From: a virus
Taxonomy: Duplodnaviria; Caudoviricetes
IMG/VR virus record: IMGVR_UViG_3300044825_001615
Span: 1-29,947 of that record
Strand: one strand, 5' to 3'
DNA length: 29,947 nucleotides
In this document: in pieces, positions 6,809 to 17,400 of the stretch
How positions within the stretch are numbered: position 1 is the first letter of the stretch
Layout: each line of letters starts with the position of its first letter
Program-made: the position numbers and the translations under genes
Notes under the pieces: generated by a model
The model's database searches: none
The model's input: the letters and a program-made list of their open reading frames with translations, nothing else
What the model was told of the DNA's origin: nothing

Positions 6809-7093
6809 ATGAACGAACAGGACGAACTGAACTACGATCTCGGCAGCCGTGCCGCATGGCGGGTCATGCTTGGCGAGTGCTGCCGGCAGCTTGCCTACGA
6901 CGACGTCGAGGTGCAAAAGGTAGCTTGGATCAACGAGCGCGAGGATGCCATTGCAGCGCTCCGTTCCGCGTGCAAAGACCACGGCGACAACGACTGGCCA
7001 GACAACCTTGTCCTGGCTGACGTGGTGGGAAAGCACTTGGTTCGCCACCTTAACGACCAGCAGGGATCGAAGACGATGCCTACGACTTCCTGA
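6809..7093 (+). CDS. Hypothetical phage protein
   Basis: 94-aa ORF (...HGDNDWPDNLVLADVVGKHL); its 3' end overlaps the convergent gene. Confidence 0.65.
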   Translation: MNEQDELNYDLGSRAAWRVMLGECCRQLAYDDVEVQKVAWINEREDAIAALRSACKDHGDNDWPDNLVLADVVGKHLVRHLNDQQGSKTMPTTS

Positions 7094-7442
7094 GATAGAA
7101 CACCCACCCAGCTATCCTCACCGCTGCCCATATCGGCCACCTTTGCCATGCGGGGACGCCAATCGTTCCCATGGCTTCCAGCAATACCGCGTCGGCCAGA
7201 CGGCGCGGCAGGATGCCTGTCGAGTACAGGTAGTCATGGATCACCGCCGGCTCAGTGGCAACACCACCGAAGAGTAGGTAAGCCAGGGGAAGCCGCGGCA
7301 CACTGGCGAAGTCAGTGGAGAATCCAGACGGGGCGACGATGACCTGCCCGGCAACATCGGATCGATACGCCAGCGGCGAGGAAAGCACCCATTCCCCATG
7401 CTGATCGTGTTCTGCCTGTAGCGTCGTCAGAAATTCGCTCAT
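7080..7442 (-). CDS. DUF1353-family phage protein
   Basis: APSGFSTDFASVPR...AVIHDYLY...ADAVLLEAM...WAAVRIAG signature; coupled to the endolysin stop codon. Confidence 0.85.
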   Translation of the reverse strand: MSEFLTTLQAEHDQHGEWVLSSPLAYRSDVAGQVIVAPSGFSTDFASVPRLPLAYLLFGGVATEPAVIHDYLYSTGILPRRLADAVLLEAMGTIGVPAWQRWPIWAAVRIAGWVFYLRKS

Positions 7443-7974
7443 GGCACCTTGAGAACGAGCTTCGCCGCCTTCCAGAACGCCCGCCGTTCGGTGCGCCCAT
7501 TCTGACCGCCGTTTATCCTTCTGGTGATCTGGTCAAACTCGCCTTTGTCCGCCAGTTCGTTGAGTCCGTGTTTCCACCAGAACCACGCTGCCGACCGCGC
7601 GGCTAGGATGGGTTCTTCCAGTCGTTCCGGATGGATCAGCAGCACATGCGATCCACCGAACAATGCGGTAGAACAATCGGCGTAGTTCGCCAGGCCGGTG
7701 ATCTGGATCAAGCCTCGCCCCCTGAACCTCTGCCCGTCTCCGGGGACCGTGTTCCCGAGATCCTTGCGCCCCTCGTATGCCTTCCCGCTGGCAATCTCGC
7801 GCGTGTAGATGAGGCTTCCAGACTCGTGCGCGATCTGCGCCAGAAACGCCGCCTGACGCTTCTGTGTGTCGATGTGGTACTCCGAGACATGGCCGATTCA
7901 ATTGGCGCCGCGAAGATCGCCGCGCGCCGGCCTGCGTAGGGCATGATTGTTCTGAGTGTCGATTCCATATCCAT
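7439..7974 (-). pseudogene. Glycoside hydrolase family 19 endolysin, frameshifted near codon 30
   Basis: N-terminus MDMESTLRTIMPYAG...ESAM is in one frame. EYHIDTQKRQAAFLAQIAHESG...YEGRKDLGN...DGQRFRGRGLIQITG...SAAWFW...ITRRINGG is in another. The shift is at GAGA 7884-7887. Confidence 0.85.
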
Positions 7975-7990
7975 CGTTGTTTCCCATTCA

Positions 7991-8047
7991 CAGATAAAGG
8001 GTGTCACCATTTGGTGTCACCATTTCAGACAAAGGGTGTCACCATTT
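7991..8047. repeat. Triple GGTGTCACCATTT repeat between holin-like and endolysin genes
   Basis: Copies at 8000-8012, 8013-8025 and 8035-8047. A longer 22-mer CAGA(T/C)AAAGGGTGTCACCATTT occurs at 7991-8012 and 8026-8047. Confidence 0.9.
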
Positions 8048-8401
8048 TACATGCTCCCTTACCCAGCCTGTCAGCCACCACGCCGCACTCACCAACGTAG
8101 CCACGACCGGGATCAGGATCTTGAACGCCGACACCATCATCTTGCTACCCCGCCACAGTAGGATCAGTTCATCGATGGCTGCTTTTGTCTCCCGTTCTTC
8201 TGCGACGTGCGCCACGATCGTATCGTGAGTCAACCGAGACAGCCCCTGCGTATCGCGGGCCAATTCCTCGATGCTATCAAGCCGGTGGCGCAAGATCGCC
8301 GCTTCCCCCCGCCAGGACCGGCGGTCAATCCCATCGTATCCTGATCGATCGGTATCCTCTGTGGCGCCCGCCTCCGCGAGATCTTCATCCTTGATGTGCA
8401 T
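8039..8401 (-). CDS. Putative holin-like / lysis-cassette membrane protein
   Basis: Coiled-coil followed by one C-terminal hydrophobic helix (ILIPVVATLVSAAWWL), directly upstream of the endolysin. Function is inferred from position. Confidence 0.55.
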   Translation of the reverse strand: MHIKDEDLAEAGATEDTDRSGYDGIDRRSWRGEAAILRHRLDSIEELARDTQGLSRLTHDTIVAHVAEERETKAAIDELILLWRGSKMMVSAFKILIPVVATLVSAAWWLTGWVREHVKW

Positions 8402-8460
8402 AGTTCCCTATTCTTCTTCTGATTAACGAAAGACCTGCCCAACTCGCTGATGATCGTCAG

Positions 8461-11400
8461 TCATTGCATCCTTTCAGCTTGCCTGTTGAACCCGCGCATC
8501 ACCGCCGCCATGCGCTCGTTGACTTCACGCGCCCTGCTGGCCGAATCTGGACCGCCCTTGCTTACGATGCCGCGACGAATCTCACGCAGCTTGCTAATCT
8601 GACGTTCGGCGGAATTCCCGAGTGCCGCCAGTTTGAGAGCATACGGTTTATCCAGCATGTAAGGCGCGATCCCGGTGCCATCCTTCAGGCGCCCCTTAAT
8701 CTCTCTCTCCGCAGCGTTCGCCTGCAGGATATTCTCGTAGAACGCTTCGCTTTGCCCGGACGCGCCACTGGTACTCCCGTACAACCGCCCGGCCAGCGGG
8801 ATCTTGTATGACGGAAGTTCCTCGCCGGTGAATGGCGCCGTGGCCATGGCGAGAACTTTGCCAGCCTCGCGCCCGATGCCGCCCGTTAACTGGCCGATCA
8901 CGTAATCGATCTGATCCGGGGTCGGCGACAGTCCGCCAGGCGTGTACTCTGTCCCGCCGGTCGCTGCGTTGATCGCTTGCGCGAATACCTTCGCAAATGG
9001 CGTCGCCGAATCCTTTGCGCGCTGCGTGCCCGGTTGCGGGTCGAGGCTGTTGCGGTTCTCGATGTAGATCGGTCGCCCGGTCCAGTCCCTGTTCTGCGCC
9101 AGTGCAACGAACGGGTCGAGAACCGTCGGCATAGCCATCTGCAGAGGCGGCGACGATCCTCCAAGGGGGTTGAAAGCATCCGCCAGGACGGTGAATAGGC
9201 TCGCCATCTGCTTGCCGGACGTCTTGTCCTTGTAGGCGGCCATCTCGACGGCCAGACGCCCGATGTTCGGCAGGAAGTGGAACCCAAGCGGCATTGGGAT
9301 GGCAATGTACTTGTCATTGCTGATCGGAATAATCAGCGAGCGCTCCTTGACGAACTCCGGGATCTTGCTCCACTCGTCGTCTTCTCCGTCTCCCCCTCCC
9401 ATTGCTGCAATTCCCATCACGGCACTGATCGCACCGACCAGCACGCCACCTGCCATGATCTTCCGGCCTGCCGGCCCGGCCAGCGTCTGCGCCATGCGCG
9501 TCGTGCCCTGCACGGCGGCATTGAAGAAGGCATACAGCGCCCCTAGCTCGCGCGTCTGCCGGCCCTTCCGGTTGAAGTTCACGGTCAGGTTCTTCGCGAG
9601 ACTCGCCGCCCGCTCCTTGGTCATTCCGCTGTCGAGACCGGCCTTGTACGCAGCGAGTCGGACGGCTGTTTCCATTGCTTCGTTATAGTCACTCAGCCAC
9701 GATGCGACGGCATGGAAGGCCCTTCTTGCGCTTCCATGATCGAGAGCTTTCATCTCCTTGAGGATGCTATTACCTCGATCCTCTGCGTTCAGGAATAGAT
9801 CACGGTATCCAGTCATGCCGCCGACCATGTTCAACTCTTCCGAAAGCGCGGCCCACTGGCCAGTGGTTGGCAGCCGACCATAGTTCTTGAAGGACGCCTT
9901 CAGGATGTTGAGAGAATCTTTAAGCACTTGTCCCTGTTTGCCTGCAAGCTCAGTCGTACTCAAGTTCAGCGCCCCCGTCTGTAGGTCGCGCATCATGTTG
10001 ATGACACCGAAAATCGGGTTGTACTGCGTGTTGATGGACGCAAACCACCGTGTTGCCTTCCCAACGGCCGGAATCAGGTAGTGCAAATCGTCAACGTCCA
10101 GGTTCTTCAGTGCATTGGCCATGCGCAGCGCTTCCGGGTTGTGTTCATTCATCGTGATGGCCACGTCCTTTCCGGCGATGCGCAGCATGATGACGTTCGG
10201 CAGGTTTTTGTACATCGGATCGGGAACGGTCTTCACGAATCCGGTCGCTTTGTCGATGATGTCGGTCGTCGGAACGGTGCCGACCTTCCACACGTCCGGC
10301 AGTGGGTTTTGGCGAGCCATGAGGTACAGCCTGCGCATCACGTTGTTCTTTTCGCCGCGTGTCAGCGCCGCCTCGCGCTGCATGGCGATATGCCCGAGGA
10401 TGTGCGTCACCTGCTGATTGCTGCCGGTGCGCCGCCTGGATGCATCTCCCTTTGTGCTGAACCCCTGCCCGATCGGATGATTTACGCTGTCCGGGTGCGC
10501 CTCGTCGCGGTGGAGTGGGATGTAGTGCCGGTATGTTCTGCGCCAGGTGTCGAGGCTCTCGCGGCTCATCAATCCGTAGTTCTGGAGGAGTTGCAGCGTG
10601 CCCTCGTTTATGGCGTCGACACGGTTCGCGAGCGCTTCCAGGTCGGCGCGCCGCTCTGGCGTCAGTCCGTCCATGATCGCGGCGGCGGCGGCGTCGGACA
10701 TGCCCGATAGGGAACGGCGCTCATCCTCGGTCCCGCGGAATGCTTGCGCGCCATTCCACGCGGCCAGTTCTCCGCGAGCGTCGTTCAGGGACTGTTCTAG
10801 CGCACTCGTTGCCGCCCCGGTGGCTTTGGCCCGTTGGAGGTGCAGTTCGAGACTGCGCACGGTTGCTGCCGCCTGCCTCTGGCCGGCGTCGATCTCGGCC
10901 TGACTCGGATTGCGCCGAGCCATCTCGGCATTCGCTTCCGGAGCGTGCCGCGCATGGAGATAGGTTTCGAGATCCTGCAGACTCACGCCGCGCGCACGCA
11001 TATCGACCAGCAGCGGCCGAAGCTCGGCCTTCAGGAAGCCATCCGTCCGGTGCGACAGGCGCTTGTGATACAACTCCTCGCCGAGGTAGGCATCGTTCAG
11101 ATCGGTGATCGTCCCGCCAATCTTCCGGATGTGGTCCCGGATGCGGCGCAAATCCACGTACTTGTCCTGCAGCTCGTAGATCAGCTTGTCGATCCGTCCC
11201 GGCGTCAGGATTGCCGCGGCCTTGGCCTTGGCGGCCTGCCACAAGTTTCCGGGAGATGCTGGATGTGTTACGGCAGGCTGAGTGCCGGCGACGCTAAAAC
11301 GAACACTGTCCGCCCTGTCCAGATTCCCGTCGCCCATCTCCCCAAAGTACATCGCGCCGGATTCCCGATACGGGCCAGGCATCGGATGGCTTGCTCCTGA

Positions 11401-14400
11401 ACCAGACAGGTAGCTCGCGTGCGCGCTCGCGCTTCTCGGGTTCCCGTAGATGCCGCGCTGGGCAACGAACGTCAGCCCGTTGTCAGCGGCGAAACGACGG
11501 AAGGTTTCGGGTACTCGAACGCCCTTTGGTCCGGTTGCAATGGCCATTCCGTCGTCGGTGACGCGGAGAAAGACGGCGTGTTCTGGCCGTTCAAGCGCGG
11601 CCGCATCTCGTCGCAGTTGGCGCAGTCTGGCCCCGTCGATAGGCGCCTTGGCTGGCGCTGTTGTCGGTATTGTTCGTCGGTCATCTTGTTGCCCTTGTTG
11701 GTCGTCGGCGATGTTATACCGAATGTCCGGGTCGTTCGCGTCGAAGGTACCGCGGTTGCCGATGGCTGACTTGATCTGCTCTGGGCGGAACACGACAACA
11801 ACATCGGATGAAACTTCGTCCTGGTTCGTCTTGCCATTCATCAGTACGTCATTGAAGATGACGGCGGTGTATCCAGATCCTTCTGCCTTTTGCGCGATGT
11901 CATCAAGAAATCCGTGCCCGCCAATAATCAGTTCTTCCTCTTCATCTATCTCATTGGCGAGCTTCCTCGGGATTTTGATGTCTCCAGCGCGTGCGCCTTG
12001 AGCATCCACGGAGACAGAAAACTCGCCTGTATTCACAAACAAAGGAACAACCTCTCCTGTTCTGCGAATCTTCCCGTCTTCCGCTTCCCACCCCGTATAT
12101 TGTTTTGCCAGCTTCTTTGATGTGGTCAGATACAGGCTGGACCCATCGAACTTTGTAATGCCAATCGACTCGCTGCCGTGGTAGACCACTCGCGGCTCAC
12201 CCGTCTCCGGATCAACCACCTTCGACGCATTCGCCGGGGCGCCTTCCCAATCCCCAAACCACGCCTTGAACGCCGGCGTCCGCACCTGCACCCACTGCCC
12301 GTAGTTCAGTTTCGTCCGGCCAGCGGCCTTCGCCTTGTCGTAAGCCGCGCGACCTCCCGCCTCGCGCTCGGTGGCGGCGAACTGGTCTTCGGTATCGAGG
12401 TTGAAGCGCACCGCCTCATCCGCCGCCCGGATCGCGTCCAACTTCTCGCCGTTTCGTTCCAGCAGGGCGATGCGATCGAGCGTTGGCTGATCCCAGATGA
12501 CGTAGTTGTAGGTGCCTTTGCCGTCAGCGCGGCTTTGCCCGTCGAGGTAGCGCAGGCCGGGGATGCCGAGTCTTAAAAGGGTTTCGCTGGCGGACTTGGC
12601 TGTGCGCGACACGGATAACTGTCTGTACAACTGATCTCCGTATGTTTTGTCCGGCCTTTCTCCTTCATAACCTTCTGAGCGAAGGCTTTCTTGCACTTCC
12701 GGTGTCTGCTCACTCAGCGGCTTGTCCCAATCCAGCAAGTGCGGCATCACGTCGTCGGGGATGTCGAGTTGGTAGAGTGATCCTCCTTCAGGAATGTACT
12801 CCATCTCGTGCAACAAATTGGACGCCTCATTCTGCAGCTTTGTAGGGTTGTCAACCCACAACGCAGCACTTGCGGAATCAAGATCCCCATTGCTGTTTTT
12901 CAACTCATAGGCAGCTATAACCGCTGCTTCGACAGAGTAGCCGCGGGATTTTGCGACACGTATTAGATCCCGCTTGGCGTCTCCAATGTACCCAACCCGT
13001 TCGCCTCCGAGCATGAATAGCGTGACGCTCGCACCGCTTAGCCTATCCCTGTACCCGTGCGCAACGCCATGGGATTCCGCCGAATACCACCCCCACCCAT
13101 ACGCCTGCGCCCCCTCGCCGGTCCCCATCTTGTCCAGCCTCGGCCGGCCATGCGGGAATCCAGGCTCAGGCGCCCACACATGCGGCGTACCATGCCAAGC
13201 AATCGCGTAACGGTCACTCCCCTGCAGCCGGCCAGTCATCGCCGCATTCTCCCGCATCAGTGCCGCGCCATCGCGCATCACTTGGTCGAGCAGCGTTTCC
13301 TGCCTCGCCGTCTTCATCCCGAGGATTCTCGCCACCGCGCGAACGAACCATTCCCAGGCGTTCTTGATCGTCGAACCATTCGGCGCCGGGGTGGCCTGCA
13401 GCGCCTGCTGGAACCTCGGATTGCTGAAGGCTTCGGCGACGAACTCGTCCAGGCTCGACAACCCGTACTGCCCGGACAGCGACCCATCTTTCTGAGCGTA
13501 ACGTAACAGAACGCGCATTCTTGCCGCGGCAGGGCCTCCTGCGGCGAGTGCCTTCAAGGTCGCCGCGTGCACCAACTCGTGCAGGATATGCCTCTCCGCC
13601 TCGCGCGGCGTGAATAGCAGCACCGTATCCGTGCGCGGGCTGTACGCTGCCGCATACTTCTGCGCGTAGGACCGATCCCCGAAATTGAACCCGCCTTGAC
13701 TGTCGAGCGTGATGGTCGACGTCACGCCGAGTTTCCTCAATGCGGCCGCCAGATAGCGGTTGAACGGCCGCCGGCTGGCCTTGCCGATGAAGGAGAGAAT
13801 TTCCGCGGCCGACTTGCCCTCTTGGGCCATGTTGTAGATGGCGGAGTCGGCTGGGGTGATGGTGGCGGTTACTCCACGATTGAACAGCGGGAACCCTTCG
13901 CCGAGAACCTTTGCGCGCAGTTCCGGAGTTGCTGCATCTGGTTCAATGGGCGGTCCATCGATGCGTAAATCACCGCTTCCGACACTGACGCTATTTCCGG
14001 CAGAGCCTGGAGAAAGTCCGGGTGATCCAGTGTGAATTGCGTTATCGCTCGCCGCTCCAGCAGCAAGGGCTTCATGTCCAGAAATGCCGACGCCACCGTC
14101 GCCCCCACCATCCTTTTCAGCGTCTGGTACTCCTTGTCCTCCGCTTCTGCCATTTGGCCCTGATCCATTGCGAATGCCCTCTTTGCCCACGCCGTTTTCA
14201 GCGTTTTGGTTCTGGCTATCTCGTTCCAGATCGATGCGTCCACGCTCGTCAGTGACATTCTCTTGCTCCAGTTCGGTTTTTGACTCTACGCCGATCACGT
14301 CGCGCTTTGAAGTTGCGTCATCCTTGCCGCCAGACATGGCGATGTACGCGCCCTGCAGATGGTCGATTGTGATCCCATCCGCCACTTCCGCGCCAATCTT

Positions 14401-17400
14401 CTCGCGGATCGTTTTCAGGACAAAGCGCGCCGCGTCCTTGAACGAGTGGTAGCCCAATCGGAATGCCGCATCGAACACGCGCACCATGACCGGGAATAGC
14501 TTTTGTTCCTGCTCCGGCATCATGTTCGCGCGGAACCGCTTGCCGAAGATGTCTGCGAGGTCGCCAAGCGCGTCGTTCAGGTCTTTGGCTGCTTGCTGCT
14601 TGTCAGTCAGCGAGTCGCCAGCAGAAATGTCGGCGGATACATTTGGCGATACATTGCCGGCCTTCGCGGCCGGCATGGCCGCTGGCGTCTGCGAAAGAGC
14701 CGCGCCACCGGCCGCCGGCTGCGCTTTGGCTTGCGTCGCCAAAGGCGTCCCCCCTGGCAACTTACCAGCATTTCTTGTTGGTTCGGCAACAGGAGGGTTC
14801 AACGGCGCATCAGACAGCCCGCCCATCGGCTTTGCAGCAGCCTTCTCGGCATCCTCTGCCGACCTAGCTACCTCGGCGTCTGCGGCCTCTTGATTGGTCT
14901 GTCCGGATAGCGCGAAGCCTTCTCCCGGTTGTGTTCCAGTGCGTCCACTATTCTTCTCGTCGCCACCATCTTGGCTATCTGATCCCTCGTCATCCTGTCC
15001 GATCCAGGGAGTTTCTTCGTCTCTTGCGTCATCTGCGGCCTCCTGTAGTTTGCGATTTCCCTCTTCGATGCGTTCCGCAGCATCAACCCATTCACGCAGA
15101 ACGCGCGATGCCTCGTCCTGAAACTCCCTGCCGCGCAGTCCCTTCTGATGCAGATCAAGGAGGAGTGCGTCAACCTCCTCGTCGCTGACAAGATTCTCGG
15201 ATCGGCTCATCAAGCTGTCGAAGATGTCTTGTGACCGCTGGTCAAGCGCCCTTTCAAGAGCATTCTGGCGCTTGGACAGGATGGATATGACTCGTTCTTC
15301 AATGTCCGAAAACTTGACGAACGCTGTTTTCAGGCCAAACTCTTCCGCCTTCTTCCGAATGTCGGACTTGTATTCCGCAAGCCGAGCCGCTTCCGCCTCG
15401 CGTTGCTGCGTTTCCATGTCCGTGATGCGCTCGCCGGCCGCCGCCCTCCTGATCAACTCGGCAAGGTGTTCCCCGTCGCGCACGTCGAAGTTTTCCGACT
15501 CGCGCAGGTGCATGGCCAATTCTCCAAGATCGGCAGATCCACGGTTCGTGAACAACCCGCGCAGTTTTGGCTGTCGATTGGACGTATCGCCAGTGGTGTC
15601 GAGTGCCATGGACGGATGGATTCCATCGCCGCCGGTGATGCGCAGGATGGCGTTGAGAAGCGTGGCGCCGCGCCGGTTCGGTGGAAGGTTGGACTTGATG
15701 GTTGATGACCCGGTGGCTGGTCGCGTCTTCCCCGTTACAGACAAGGCCGGTCGTGCCTCACTCTCCGGGGTTCCGTTGGTGGCAACGGATGTTCCCACAG
15801 GATTCCCGGATGTTCCCGAAACTGATTTCGGCAACATCGCCGCGCGCCGCGCAATCTCCGCCTGCGCGGCCTCCCGGATGACCGTGTTCTTGTTCTCTGC
15901 GGCCTTCGCCAGTCGCGCGTCGTCGTATCCGGCGAGCCGCTTGGACATCCTCTCCTGGATTCCAGGGGACAACACCGGATCAGCGCCAACGGGCTCGACT
16001 GCCGCTTGGACCGGAGCCTGCCCAGAAGTCTTCACGGCAATATCCGCCGCAGCATTCTCCAGCTTGGCCGCGAGTTTCAGCAGTTTTGCGCGGCTTCTCC
16101 CGCTGACGGAATCCGCGGCTACTCGGTGCCTGGTGGCTGCGGCCTGTAGTTCGGCGATGTCCTCGGAGGGAGTGGATACCTTGGCGGGTTGCGCCGATCG
16201 TCCCGACGTTGCCGGCTTGGGGACTTGGGTTTCGTTGCCATTCTGTTGTCCTTGTGGTTGTGGGATAACGCTCGCAGGCTCTGCCTGTTGGCCATTGGGA
16301 GTGGCGACGGGAGTGCTCCGGGAAGGCTCGGTCGCGGGAACCTGAGCGCCCTGCGTCATGGTGGCCATCGGCACCTGTGGCGGATCGGACAGGTCGGTGA
16401 CGCCACTCTCAGCCGCCACAGTTCGCGTAACGGGCTCCTGCTGGGGCGCGTCTGCGGTTGCCGACACCGCGACCGCAGACGGGTCGATGGCCGGACCAGC
16501 CGGCTGTCCAGGGAGGGTCGAGAGCGCTTTCTGCAACGGCCCGGCATTCGGATCGATCACGACCGGCGGCGCCACGGCCTGCTCCGGCACTGGAGCCGTT
16601 CCGTCTCCGGCTTCTTGAGCCGGCCGGCCCGGATCTTCCTGATCTGCCCGGTTGTCGGCCATTGCCTGCGCCACTTTCCCGGCGCCGCCCATGACGAACC
16701 CCATCAGGCCGCCGGTCACGCCGCCGGAGAGCGACGCCGGGATGACTCCAGCCATGGGCCGCTGATTCGGGTCGAGGTAATCGCGCTTGGCAAGGTTCTC
16801 GATGTACTGTTCCGGACCAGACTGCGCCGCCTCCTGGAGTGCCTCGTTCCCGACGCCCTTCGCGACCTCTTTCCATAGCGGCGTCTTGGCCGTGCTCTTG
16901 GCCGTGCGATAGGCGCCGCCAAGCGCCCCGCCGCCCGTGGCCATCCCGATCAGGCCGGTCGACAGCGCCGTTCTCCCGAAGACCTCCCGCTCGGCCAGGT
17001 CGGCCAGACGAGCACGCGCCCCCTCATCGCCGAGGGTCTTCCTCAGCTCCTGATACGCCGGATGACGGTCGATCTGATCCTGTGGCGCCTGTTCGATCTC
17101 CGACTTGATCTGCGCCGCGTTCATCGCCGCCGAGGTCACGCCTTCCGATACCCCCATGCCGATAGCCGAAGGCGCCGCCGCGGCCACCCGTCCGCCGAAG
17201 GTCGTTGCCGGAATCGCGCCGCCGGCCAGCGCCATCGTCTCTCCCCCGATGCCGCGCGCGGCCAGCCCGGCCGCACCGCGCGTCAGCAAGTTGGCTCCGA
17301 TGCCGCCAGGAATGGCCATGGCGGCCGTCGACGGAAGAGACTGCGCCGCGCTCATCAGCGCAGACTGTACCGGAGTCTCCCCGAGCTTCGGAATCACCGA

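Noticed and set aside
7708-8010. ORFs 7708-8010 and 7439-7711 as two separate genes
   Set aside because: They are parts of one frameshifted GH19 gene.
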